Positions 18,329 to 27,203 of a stretch of 36,033 bases of DNA are shown in pieces. The translations under genes were made by a program, and so were the position numbers. The first letter of the stretch is position 1; each line of letters begins with the position of its first letter. Location of the stretch: the NCBI GenBank assembly GCA_040765305.1, contig JAXGRZ010000001.1, positions 1-36,033 of the forward strand, in the 5' to 3' direction. This DNA is from Hyphomicrobiaceae bacterium (lineage in GTDB: Bacteria > Pseudomonadota > Alphaproteobacteria > Rhizobiales > Hyphomicrobiaceae). Under the pieces are notes generated by a model. That model did not search any database. It saw nothing but the letters and a program-made list of their open reading frames with translations, and had not been told where the DNA came from.

Positions 18329-19714
18329 ATGACGCATCAAAGTGTGACAGCCAGGCGGCATGGCCGCATCGCCCGCCCGCAACACGCGGTGGGCTTTGGC
18401 AGCGCATTTACGGTCACAACACCCTACCCAGCACTGACGATTACGTCTGCCGCGACGCCCTATCCTGCCACGCAGACCGTATGGGGTGGTGGACGCAGTT
18501 TCGTGCATGTCGCCAGCCTGGCTCTGGTCTGGGTTGCGATCGCAACATCAGGCATTGTTTTCACCGAGCCGGCACCGACTGATGCGATTTCCATCGGCCT
18601 TATTGTCCTGCTGCCGGTTGTTGGGCTGGTTGCCATTTCCCCCATGCTGACGGGCTATCTTTCACTCTGGCTGGTGACAGCGGCCGCCGGCTTCCTCGCC
18701 ACAACGATGTCACCCTACATCGTCGACTCCGCCAAGTTCACGACGGTGTCACTTTACCTCTATGTTTCAAGCTTCGTGGTCGCCGCATTCGTCGCGCGAA
18801 ATGCAACTGCCCATACAAAACTCATTTTCAACGCTTGGTGCCTTGCCGCCTTCTGCGCCACCGCTACCGGAGTAATCGGCTACTTCAACTTATTCCCTGG
18901 CGCCTATGACACCTTCACGCTGTACGGGCGCGCATCGGGAACGTTCAAGGACCCCAACGTATTCGGCCCCTTCCTCGTTGCACCCTTCCTTTATGCGCTG
19001 AACACGGCAATCGAGCGGCCATGGCATCGCATCGTGCTTCCGCTTGGTCTGGCCGGCTTTCTGGCCCTCGGCGTATTTCTCAGCTTCTCGCGCGGAGCGT
19101 GGTTCATCCTTGCGCTTGCGCTGGCCATCTATGGCTGGCTCTCCTACGTCACCACGACGTCCGATGCCCGGCGCATGCGCATCGTGCATCTGATTGCCAT
19201 GGGTGTCGTGCTGGTTGGTGTCGTCGTTTTGGGCGCACTCCAGAGCGAGCGCATCGACGATCTCCTTGAACAGCGCGCCAGCCTCACCCAGAGCTATGAC
19301 GTCGGCCCCGAGGGACGCTTCGGCGGTCAGCAGAAAGCTGTCGGCCTGATCCTCGAAAATCCCATGGGCATCGGTGCCACCATATTTACCAGCGTCTACC
19401 ACCACGAAGAGGTTCACAACGTCTATCTGTCGATGATGCTCAATGCCGGCTGGCTCGGCGGCGCACTCTTCTTGCTCACCATCATGTTGACAATCGTGCT
19501 CGGGTTCCGCCATGCGCTCAACAGATCACCAGCGGCACAGCTCACGCAGCCCATGTTCCTCATCGCCTATGCGGCGTTCTTCGCCAACGTCCTGGAGGGT
19601 TTCATCATCGATATCGATCACTGGCGCCACGTCTACCTGCTGATGGCGCTGGTGTGGGGCTTGATGAGCGCTCAATCCCGCCAGCCGTCCACAGTAGATA
19701 CTCAGCCAACCTGA
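18329..19714 (+). CDS. O-antigen ligase / Wzy-like polysaccharide polymerase family membrane protein
   Basis: Polytopic membrane protein of about 10-12 TM helices with a Wzy_C-like segment (FLSFSRGAWFILALAL) and a large loop. The start is set to the ATG at 18329, preceded by GAGGG. The ORF track start at 18266 is also possible. Confidence 0.8.
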   Translation: MTHQSVTARRHGRIARPQHAVGFGSAFTVTTPYPALTITSAATPYPATQTVWGGGRSFVHVASLALVWVAIATSGIVFTEPAPTDAISIGLIVLLPVVGLVAISPMLTGYLSLWLVTAAAGFLATTMSPYIVDSAKFTTVSLYLYVSSFVVAAFVARNATAHTKLIFNAWCLAAFCATATGVIGYFNLFPGAYDTFTLYGRASGTFKDPNVFGPFLVAPFLYALNTAIERPWHRIVLPLGLAGFLALGVFLSFSRGAWFILALALAIYGWLSYVTTTSDARRMRIVHLIAMGVVLVGVVVLGALQSERIDDLLEQRASLTQSYDVGPEGRFGGQQKAVGLILENPMGIGATIFTSVYHHEEVHNVYLSMMLNAGWLGGALFLLTIMLTIVLGFRHALNRSPAAQLTQPMFLIAYAAFFANVLEGFIIDIDHWRHVYLLMALVWGLMSAQSRQPSTVDTQPT

Positions 19715-19915
19715 CCCAGCCCGCCCTGACATAGCGAGCATCATCGCCATCACAACACGTGCCCCGCCAAGCCTCGCCCACCCGGCCGTTGCAGCCGCAA
19801 GATATGCATCCTGCGGCCGAATGCCTCGCGCGGCCCGGTGCAAATCGGGTCTGGCGGACAATTGGCGTTTGCAACCTGCCAACAGCGGCAACGACAATTT
19901 GCCTCTTGGCAAGCG

Positions 19916-19957
19916 TTGACCAAAGTCAATATGCTTGTCCTCGGCTCCACCTAGATT
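19916..19957 (+). promoter_or_regulatory. FNR/FixK-type box with a class II promoter geometry upstream of hemN
   Basis: TTGACCAAAGTCAA (19916-19929) is a perfect TTGA-N6-TCAA palindrome. TAGATT (19952-19957) lies 32 bp from the box centre, matching a -41.5 / -10 arrangement. The hemN ATG is at 20119. Confidence 0.6.
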
Positions 19958-20118
19958 GATCGGGCCGCGCTCGGTGCTACGGTAATGTGTCCGGCCCATG
20001 GGCTTCGGCCACAGCACCACATGGCGCAGGGCCCCATCGTGGCGTCGGCGCGGCAACCCGTTTCCTCCCGAGCCCGTTCCTATTTTAAAAAGCACGGTCC
20101 TGTTCAAAAGGAGAGGCG

Positions 20119-21462
20119 ATGCGACCCGAACTTCTCCGGCGCTATGCCGCTCCCGTGCCACGCTATACGAGCTATCCAACGGCGCCACACTTTACCAGTG
20201 CGGTTGACCCCTCACGCTACGGCGCCTGGCTCGCGGCGCTGGAGGACGACACGCCTCTTTCGCTCTACGTCCACATCCCGTTTTGCAACGAGCTGTGCTG
20301 GTACTGCGGTTGCACAACCAAGATCACACAGCAAAAAGCGCCGATCGCGCGCTATCTGGAATCGCTTTCGCGCGAAATCGATGCCGTCGCCGGGCGGATC
20401 AAGACACGCCATCGCGTGTCGCACATCCATTGGGGTGGCGGCAGCCCAAGCATTCTTTCACCCGACCAGATCCGCGCCCTGGCAGGCCAGCTCAAGGAGC
20501 GCTTCGCGTTTGCCGAAGATGCCGAGTTTGCCGTCGAGATTGATCCGCGTGGCCTTGACGAGGCACGTGTCGCCGCGTTTGCCGAGGCCGGCGTCAATCG
20601 CGTCAGCATCGGTGTTCAAGATTTCGACATGGCCGTGCAAAAGGCCATCAACCGGCTGCAATCGGTGGAACAGACCGCGTGGGTGGTCAACACGTTCCGC
20701 GCCCATGGCATTGCCGCGATCAACGTCGATCTCGTCTATGGGCTGCCCTATCAGACGCTCGAGACGCTGGACACGACGATGGACCACGTCCTGGCGATGC
20801 GACCCGACCGGATCGCACTGTTCGGCTACGCGCACTTGCCCGGGCGGATCAAGCACCAACGATTGATCCCGGATAATTCACTGCCCGGGACGGAGGCCCG
20901 CCTGGCGCTGGCAACACGCGCGGCCGAGCGTCTGACGCAGGGCGGTTTCGTGACCGTCGGGCTCGATCACTACGCCCTGCCGCACGATCCGCTTGCGGGT
21001 GGCACCGTGCGCCGCAATTTCCAAGGGTATACGACAGATACGGCCGCCGCGCTGATCGGACTTGGCGCCTCCTCAATCGGGCGTCTGCCGCAGGGCTACG
21101 TGCAGAACACGCCGGCGATCGGCGAATATGAGCGGCGCGTGCTCGATGACGCGCTTGCCACCGTTCGTGGCCACGAGATGAGCGCGGAGGATGCCGCGCG
21201 CGGGCTGGTGATCGAGCGGCTGATGTGCGATTTCACGTTCCCGGCCGAGGAACTGCGGGCCCGCTTCGGTGAGATCGCCGAACCGATCATTGCCGAAGCC
21301 GATGCCCTTTGCGCAGCCGAGAGCGACGAGATGATCGCCCCGCGCGGCGCGGGAGCCGGCTTTGAGGTCACCGACAAGGGTCGCATCTTCGTGCGCACGA
21401 TCTGCGCCAAGTTCGATACCTATCTGGGCAAGGGAAGCGCGCAGCATTCAGCCGGCGTGTGA
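20119..21462 (+). CDS. hemN: Oxygen-independent coproporphyrinogen III oxidase (radical SAM)
   Basis: 447 aa. Begins MRPELLRRYAAPVPRYTSYPTAPHF, and contains SLYVHIPFCNELCWYCGC (CxxxCxxC) and HWGGGSPS. AAGGAGAGG SD upstream. Confidence 0.95.
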   Translation: MRPELLRRYAAPVPRYTSYPTAPHFTSAVDPSRYGAWLAALEDDTPLSLYVHIPFCNELCWYCGCTTKITQQKAPIARYLESLSREIDAVAGRIKTRHRVSHIHWGGGSPSILSPDQIRALAGQLKERFAFAEDAEFAVEIDPRGLDEARVAAFAEAGVNRVSIGVQDFDMAVQKAINRLQSVEQTAWVVNTFRAHGIAAINVDLVYGLPYQTLETLDTTMDHVLAMRPDRIALFGYAHLPGRIKHQRLIPDNSLPGTEARLALATRAAERLTQGGFVTVGLDHYALPHDPLAGGTVRRNFQGYTTDTAAALIGLGASSIGRLPQGYVQNTPAIGEYERRVLDDALATVRGHEMSAEDAARGLVIERLMCDFTFPAEELRARFGEIAEPIIAEADALCAAESDEMIAPRGAGAGFEVTDKGRIFVRTICAKFDTYLGKGSAQHSAGV

Positions 21463-21550
21463 CAGGCGAAAGCATTGTCCGACGGCTTTGCTGCTTTGAC
21501 GCAAACTGTGGGCTCAACGCTGGTGCCGGCTTTGCCGATCATCAACGCCA

Positions 21551-21655
21551 GAGCATTTTCCGACGAAGTGGTGACCGGTTCGTCACAGAAAATGCGACAA
21601 ACCAAAGAGCTACAGCGAGAGTGTACGCACCTTAACGCTTTGCACGCGCAACAGC
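21551..21655 (-). repeat. Dispersed two-hairpin intergenic repeat, copy A (inverted relative to copies B and C)
   Basis: gagcattttccgacgaagtggtgaccggttcgtcacagaaaatgcgacaaaccaaagagctacagcg... is the reverse complement of the core shared by copies B and C (GTCGCATTTTC..GACGAACCGG..CCAC..CGTCGGAAAATGCTC). Identity in the 62-nt core is about 85% by eye. Confidence 0.8.
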
Positions 21656-22386
21656 GCTGCGGGCACGGCCAGGGCCGCATACCACGCGTCGCAAGAGGGA
21701 TCGGGGGGCACCGCAAGATCCACAATCGCAGTGCCCGTTTCGACAAACGACCCTGGCCAGTCTGGCGTTGCCGCCCCGGCCACCGTCTCGGCGCTTTGTC
21801 CCCCGGACTGATTGCGCCGCCCCAGCACACCCGCATGCGTCAAAAGCCGCGCCATGCCCATCCCATCCAGCTTTGCCAGCGCTTCAAGCCGCACCCAGGC
21901 GCTCAGAACCGGATCGCTTTGGACAGGAGCCTCGTGATCGGACGGTAATGTCTGCAAGGTTGAAGCACGAGGGACGAGCGGCAGAACGCGCGCCGCCTCG
22001 ATCAACGCGGCCTGCCGTGCTGGCGACATGCGAAGGCTGCGCTGGGGCTCGATATCGACACCGACAGGCACCCCCGATGTGAGGGCAATGAGCGCGCGCC
22101 CCGCCGCATGCGAGATGCTGAACGAAACGGGCAAACCGGGCAACACCGGCTTGCCGCCAGGCAGGCGCACGATGGGCGCGCGCGCCAAACTGTCATTTCC
22201 AGTGAATGCACCAATTGCCACGCGCAATGCAATCGTCGCCAGCCGCCTCTGGCGCCGCAGCTGCGCGTGATTGACATCGCCAATATGCCTCAGGTCGTCC
22301 TCATCAAGACGCGGCCGCTGCCGTTCTTCGCCCTCAAGGGCTGCTGCGATCTGTTCCAGTTCAACCAGCCAGACTTCCAACACCAC
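21610..22386 (-). CDS. 4'-phosphopantetheinyl transferase, Sfp/EntD-type
   Basis: 258 aa with a GTG start preceded by AAGGGAG. Contains FSISHAAGRALIAL, VGVDIE and WVRLEALAKLDG (PPTase motifs 1-3). Confidence 0.78.
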   Translation of the reverse strand: MVLEVWLVELEQIAAALEGEERQRPRLDEDDLRHIGDVNHAQLRRQRRLATIALRVAIGAFTGNDSLARAPIVRLPGGKPVLPGLPVSFSISHAAGRALIALTSGVPVGVDIEPQRSLRMSPARQAALIEAARVLPLVPRASTLQTLPSDHEAPVQSDPVLSAWVRLEALAKLDGMGMARLLTHAGVLGRRNQSGGQSAETVAGAATPDWPGSFVETGTAIVDLAVPPDPSCDAWYAALAVPAALLRVQSVKVRTLSL

Positions 22387-22432
22387 ACACGCTCCCTTGC
22401 GAGAGAGCCCACGGGCCGGACTGCAATGTTGC

Positions 22433-23035
22433 TCATCCAGCCGCGCGGACCACCCGTTTCGATTTAACTGCCGCGGTGTTGTCTGGCTTGGCAGCGGGTG
22501 TATCCGTCAAGATCGCACGACATTCCTGCAATTCAGCAATTGCCTTGGCAATATTGCCAACACGGTCTGTTTCTGCCGAGTCGCGTTCTGGACTGCGTGG
22601 TGATGAACCCGCTTCCATTTTGGATGCGGCCCTGGGTGCACTGCCAGTGCTATTCGACTTTGCCGTAGCCCGCTCCACAGGTGTGAGAGCAGCTACGCTT
22701 TCCGCACTGTCAGGCAGCGAGGAGAGTGGCGGGGAAGTACCCATGGCAGGCCCCCCCGAAACCATCGCCGAGCCAACACGCTTGACCGCATCGACACCCC
22801 GCTCGCGCAGAATCTTCTGCACACCCTTTATCGTATACCCCTCAGCGTGCAGCAGGTGGCGTATGCCACGCAGCAACTCCATATCCGCCGGACGGTAATA
22901 ACGTCGCCCGCCACCACGTTTCATTGGTTTGATTTGCGGGAATTTGACCTCCCAGAACCTGAGCACGTGCTTGTGCAAGTTCAATTCCTCGGCCACCTCG
23001 GAAATGGTCCGGAATGCTTCTGCCGCTTTCGCCAT
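22433..23035 (-). CDS. MerR-family transcriptional regulator (the type found downstream of ihfA in Alphaproteobacteria)
   Basis: N-terminal HTH ([55 protein letters not shown]) and a low-complexity C-terminus. AGAGGG SD upstream. Confidence 0.88.
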   Translation of the reverse strand: MAKAAEAFRTISEVAEELNLHKHVLRFWEVKFPQIKPMKRGGGRRYYRPADMELLRGIRHLLHAEGYTIKGVQKILRERGVDAVKRVGSAMVSGGPAMGTSPPLSSLPDSAESVAALTPVERATAKSNSTGSAPRAASKMEAGSSPRSPERDSAETDRVGNIAKAIAELQECRAILTDTPAAKPDNTAAVKSKRVVRAAG

Positions 23036-23385
23036 TGCCGCCCTCTTGCGCTCTGACTTTTCGCTACGTCGCTGCTGCTTGACCTCTCAATTCAAACCCC
23101 GATTCATCGCGGGGGACCTTACAACGATGATCAAGACGGTTCCCCCGCCACAGTCTCACCGCCTATTCGCGACCATCACAGCATCAAACCCGCTCACTGT
23201 GACGAACCGCACGCGCGTCCAAATACAAATGGTTGAACGCAAACAATCACTCAAATCACCAAAACACCCTTCACCCAGACACAACCGACCAGGTGCCAGG
23301 CATCGCAACCGCAGCCCACAACATCTGCCTTGTGCGAATTGACGCTCCCCCTCCCCCTCTTGCTCCCCTTGGAATGGGGATGCAG

Positions 23386-23490
23386 CTAGAGCGCTTTTCA
23401 ATCCGATGGAACGGAACCGGCGCTCTAGCTTCTTGTTTGGTCGCATTTTCTTCGACGAACCGGTGTCCACTTCGTCGGAAAATGCTCTAG
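23386..23490 (+). repeat. Dispersed two-hairpin intergenic repeat, copy B (reference copy)
   Basis: Left module is ctagagcgc-N25-gcgctctag (9-bp stem). Right module is gtcgcattttcttcgacgaaccggtgtccacttcgtcggaaaatgctctag (stem TTTTC..CGACGA / TCGTCG..GAAAA). Both ends are CTAG. Confidence 0.85.
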
Positions 23491-23816
23491 CCCGTTCCGT
23501 TGACCGCAGATGAGCGCTTGGAAAGGCCCTCGTTAATCTTGTCCTTCATGATGTTCGAAGCGCGGAACACCAGCACCCGGCGTGGCGTGATCGGTACTTC
23601 CTGCCCGGTCTTCGGATTGCGGCCGACGCGCTCACCCTTCTCGCGGATGCCAAACGACCCAAATGACGACAGCTTGACGTGCTCGCCCTGCGCCAGCGTG
23701 CTGGAAATCTCGCTCAACACAAGTTCGACCAGTTCCTGGGATTCGTTGCGGGGCAGCCCCACCTTACGTACCAAGGCCTCAGCCAGATCGGCACGCGTCA
23801 ACGTCTTGCCACTCAT
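23487..23816 (-). CDS. ihfA: Integration host factor subunit alpha
   Basis: From the ATG at 23816: [37 protein letters not shown]...[36 protein letters not shown]. The 134-aa ORF's N-terminal extension has no IHF counterpart. Confidence 0.93.
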   Translation of the reverse strand: MSGKTLTRADLAEALVRKVGLPRNESQELVELVLSEISSTLAQGEHVKLSSFGSFGIREKGERVGRNPKTGQEVPITPRRVLVFRASNIMKDKINEGLSKRSSAVNGTG

Positions 23817-23982
23817 CCTCGTCCACTCGCTCCCGAAATCATTTTCGCCGTGCTTTTTGGCCATGCTACCGGTGGCGGCGGCGGCGGTCAATCACGGAAA
23901 CGGTCAACCGACTGAAACTCAAAGCATAATCTTTAGGAATGGAGCCTCTCGGTGCTTTTGGCACGCCATGAGAGGCTGAAAA

Positions 23983-24963
23983 CTACCAGCGCGCCAGCAC
24001 CGCGCCCCAGGTAAACCCACCCCCCATCGCCTCCATGAGCACGAGGCTACCTTCCTTCAGGAGGTGATTTTCAAACGCGTGGTTGAGGGCCAGCGGGATG
24101 GACGCCGCGGACGTATTTCCATGCTTATCAAGCGTAACGATGATCTTGTCTGGGCTGACATTGAGCTTCCTGGCAATGCCATCGAGGATGCGCTTGTTGG
24201 CCTGATGAGGCACAAACAAATCGATGTCGTCGGCGGCGTATCCGGTCGCCACCAGGGTTTCCTCGATCACGCCGGAAATCTTTTGCACCGCGTGTCGGAA
24301 AACCTCACGTCCATTCATTCGCAGGTAACCGGTGGTCTTGGTCGAACCGGGCCCACCGTCGACGTAAAGAAGGTCCTCATGGCGCCCATCCGATCGGATC
24401 CGCGAGAACAAGATGCCGCGGTCCTCGCGTGCGCCATGCGTCGGCTGCGCCTCCAGCACGACCGCACCGGCACCATCGCCGAAGAGCACGCACGTACTGC
24501 GATCACTCCAGTCGATAATCCGCGAAAACGTCTCGGCGCCAACAACCAGGGCCCGGCGGAATTGTCCGGTCCGCAGGAGGCTATCGGCAATCGTGAGTGC
24601 ATAAACGAAGCCGGAACATACCGCCTGGACATCAAACGCAGCACCACGCGTGATGCCAAGTCCCGACTGGATGCGCACAGCGGTTGCCGGGAAGGTTCTG
24701 TCCGGGGTCGCCGTGGCACAAATCACCAGATCGATGTCGAGCGGATCGATGCCCGAGCGGACCAGCGCCTGCCGGCAGGCGGCAATCCCAAGATCCGACG
24801 TCAGCTCATCGTCAGACGCAATGTATCGGGAATGAATGCCTGATCGCTCAACAATCCAATCGTCCGAGGTGTCGACCACTTTGGCCATGTCCGCATTCGT
24901 CATGACGCGCCTTGGTAGGCAGGCGCCAACACCGCGGATCACCGATCGATTGACTACTACCAC
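23983..24963 (-). CDS. fabH: Beta-ketoacyl-ACP synthase III
   Basis: 326 aa with a GTG start. Contains [30 protein letters not shown] (active-site Cys), VPHQANKRI and [12 protein letters not shown]. Confidence 0.95.
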   Translation of the reverse strand: MVVVNRSVIRGVGACLPRRVMTNADMAKVVDTSDDWIVERSGIHSRYIASDDELTSDLGIAACRQALVRSGIDPLDIDLVICATATPDRTFPATAVRIQSGLGITRGAAFDVQAVCSGFVYALTIADSLLRTGQFRRALVVGAETFSRIIDWSDRSTCVLFGDGAGAVVLEAQPTHGAREDRGILFSRIRSDGRHEDLLYVDGGPGSTKTTGYLRMNGREVFRHAVQKISGVIEETLVATGYAADDIDLFVPHQANKRILDGIARKLNVSPDKIIVTLDKHGNTSAASIPLALNHAFENHLLKEGSLVLMEAMGGGFTWGAVLARW

Positions 24964-25092
24964 TCTCGTCTCGCTTTCCGGTCAGGCCAGCTCTACCGGC
25001 AAAGTAATCCGGACACGCTGGCAAGACCCATTTCTCCATTCGTCGGTTTCAGCAGGGCAAAGCCGAATTGTGTGGACTTTCACCACCACTGT

Positions 25093-26139
25093 TCAGCTCT
25101 TCCCGTTAATCTCGGCTTCCAGCGCCTCGTGGAATGTGTCGAGATCTGCGGCAAGGCGTCCGACAAGTTCGGCTTCCGCCATCTCAAAGCCTAGATCAAC
25201 GGCGCTGGCGAAACCGAAAGCATCGGTACCACCATGGCTCTTGATGGCAATGCCATTGAGGCCGAGGAACGTGCCCCCGTTGACGCGCCGCGGATCCATC
25301 TTGTGCTTCAACACCTTGAAACCGCCGCTCGCAAGCATGGCACCAAGCTTGGAAAACAGTGAGCGTCCCATCGCGTCTTTCAGGTACTGGCCGACCTGGC
25401 GCGCAGTGCCCTCGGCGGTCTTCAACGCAATATTGCCGGTAAAGCCCTCAACAACGATGACGTCAACATCGCCTTTGCCAATCTGATCGCCTTCAACGAA
25501 GCCCTTATAGATGAGCGGCAGCTTAGCGTCCTTCAGCCATCCATGGGCCTGCTTGACCTCATCGGCTCCCTTAATCTCCTCCACACCGACATTGAGCAGC
25601 CCGACCGTGGGGCTCTCGATGTGGAATAGCGCGCGCGCCATCGCCGCACCCATCATGGCAAAATCGCCCAATTGGCGGGCCGTCGCGCCAATGTTGGCAC
25701 CGACGTCGAGGACGATACATTCAGCATTGATCGTAGGCCAAAGCGCCGCTATTGCGGGTCGTTCGATGCCTGGCATGGGGCGCAAGATAAGTTTGGCCAT
25801 GGCCATCAGCGCGCCCGTATTGCCAGCCGAGACGGCAACATGGGCCTCACCTTTCTTGACCGCCTCGAGCGCCAGCCACATGCTCGATCCCTTGCCCCGA
25901 CGCAAGGCTTGACTGGGTTTGTCATTCATGGCGACGACAATGTCGGTAGGCAAAACGCGGCAACTCTGTTTGAGGCGCGGATACTTTTCAAGTTCGGCCT
26001 CGAGCTCCTCGGCCCGACCGGCGATCAGGAATTTGAGGCTTGGATGGCGCTCGATGGATATGGTTGCCCCACCGACGACCACCGAAGGACCGTGGTCTCC
26101 GCCCATGCCATCAAGCGCTATGGTCTTGAAGTGCTGCAT
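25093..26139 (-). CDS. plsX: Phosphate acyltransferase PlsX
   Basis: 348 aa. Contains [23 protein letters not shown] and [19 protein letters not shown]. Confidence 0.95.
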   Translation of the reverse strand: MQHFKTIALDGMGGDHGPSVVVGGATISIERHPSLKFLIAGRAEELEAELEKYPRLKQSCRVLPTDIVVAMNDKPSQALRRGKGSSMWLALEAVKKGEAHVAVSAGNTGALMAMAKLILRPMPGIERPAIAALWPTINAECIVLDVGANIGATARQLGDFAMMGAAMARALFHIESPTVGLLNVGVEEIKGADEVKQAHGWLKDAKLPLIYKGFVEGDQIGKGDVDVIVVEGFTGNIALKTAEGTARQVGQYLKDAMGRSLFSKLGAMLASGGFKVLKHKMDPRRVNGGTFLGLNGIAIKSHGGTDAFGFASAVDLGFEMAEAELVGRLAADLDTFHEALEAEINGKS

Positions 26140-26253
26140 CAGATCGCGACGACTAGCTCATGTTCATGCCCAATGGAAACATGAATACGACCCAGACCCT
26201 TGTTTTAAGCATGTTTTTTGTCAAACCGCTGTACACTTCAACTCAACATGCCC

Positions 26254-26357
26254 CAGAGAGTCTTACGCCCCGATGGGATCGGAACGGCACTCTCACTCCA
26301 TGATTTTTCGCATTTTCCTCGACGAACCGGCGTCCACGGCGTCGGAAAATGCTCGAG
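26254..26357 (+). repeat. Dispersed two-hairpin intergenic repeat, copy C
   Basis: cagagagtcttacgccccgatgggatcggaacggcactctc...tcgcattttcctcgacgaaccggcgtccacggcgtcggaaaatgctcgag is collinear with copy B over both modules. Confidence 0.85.
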
Positions 26358-26579
26358 AATTCTCAGAGCGTTATTTCGCTCCTGGCAACTGGTCGTGACA
26401 TTTTGTAGGGGAGCCCCCCTCGTCCCCCGACAAACGGCCCGGAAGATAACCTTTTGCGGATGCCACACAACAGCTTTTTGCAGATGTCGAACAACAGCTT
26501 TCTTCAACGTCGTCGGCTCTGCCCGCGCGGTCGAGCCGTAACAGCAATACCGGAGAGCGCACACCTCTGCGGGATCGTC

Positions 26580-27161
26580 TCAAGTTTTATCCTTCAAGAC
26601 TGCTAGGAAAGCGAACGGATTATTGCTTTTGTCTTTGCCCGCTTCGCCGCCGCTCTCACACCACGCGAAGGTAGCGCCAGGCGCGCGCGGATATGGCTCG
26701 ATCGCAGTGGACAACTGCTCATAGATCAACCGCCCCACCTCAATCACACCCTGTCGAATAGCTTCTGGAGCAGATACGGCGAGCGCCTCGCGTTCCTCAG
26801 TTTCTTCGCATCGACGGGACTTGGTCAGCAGCTCCTCGGGCCAGTACTCTTCCTCGAACGACTCGTTGATGTCAGTGTGCACCGGCTCCAGAGTGATGAT
26901 ACATGCCTGCGTAGCGGCCGCCGACAGCTCGCCCTTCACTCTGTATCGCCCCGCACCGATGGGGCCAACGCGATAGGACACTTTCAGCAGCAAAAACGCG
27001 GGAAGCTCGAGTGTCGCGGCAAGTGCTACAAGCTCCAGTGGTGTTGCCTCGCGTTCCACATCAAGACCACGTTCGGGGATATCGGCAATCCGGTGGGACC
27101 AGTGCGCAAGCGGCTCTGGTGGATTGCTGCTCATCGTCGTTGTGGGTGTTGTTGTCGGCAT
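26580..27161 (-). CDS. YceD/DUF177-family protein (large ribosomal RNA accumulation protein-like)
   Basis: About 193 aa. Acidic protein with the typical DUF177 layout (IPERGLDVEREATPLEL...QACIITLEPVHTDINESFEEEY). The ATG at 27161 is preceded by AAGGG. A GTG at 27167 and an ATG at 27134 are alternative starts. Confidence 0.82.
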   Translation of the reverse strand: MPTTTPTTTMSSNPPEPLAHWSHRIADIPERGLDVEREATPLELVALAATLELPAFLLLKVSYRVGPIGAGRYRVKGELSAAATQACIITLEPVHTDINESFEEEYWPEELLTKSRRCEETEEREALAVSAPEAIRQGVIEVGRLIYEQLSTAIEPYPRAPGATFAWCESGGEAGKDKSNNPFAFLAVLKDKT

Positions 27162-27203
27162 GGCCACGCCCTTTATCGTCGCATCATCATCTGTGCCATT
27201 GCA

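Noticed and set aside
19526-20188. 220-aa minus-strand ORF (and 19985-20866 on the plus strand) around the hemN upstream region
   Set aside because: It overlaps the ends of the Wzy-like gene and hemN. It has no SD and a low-complexity Arg/Gly/Ala-rich product. The region is better explained as the hemN promoter and leader.
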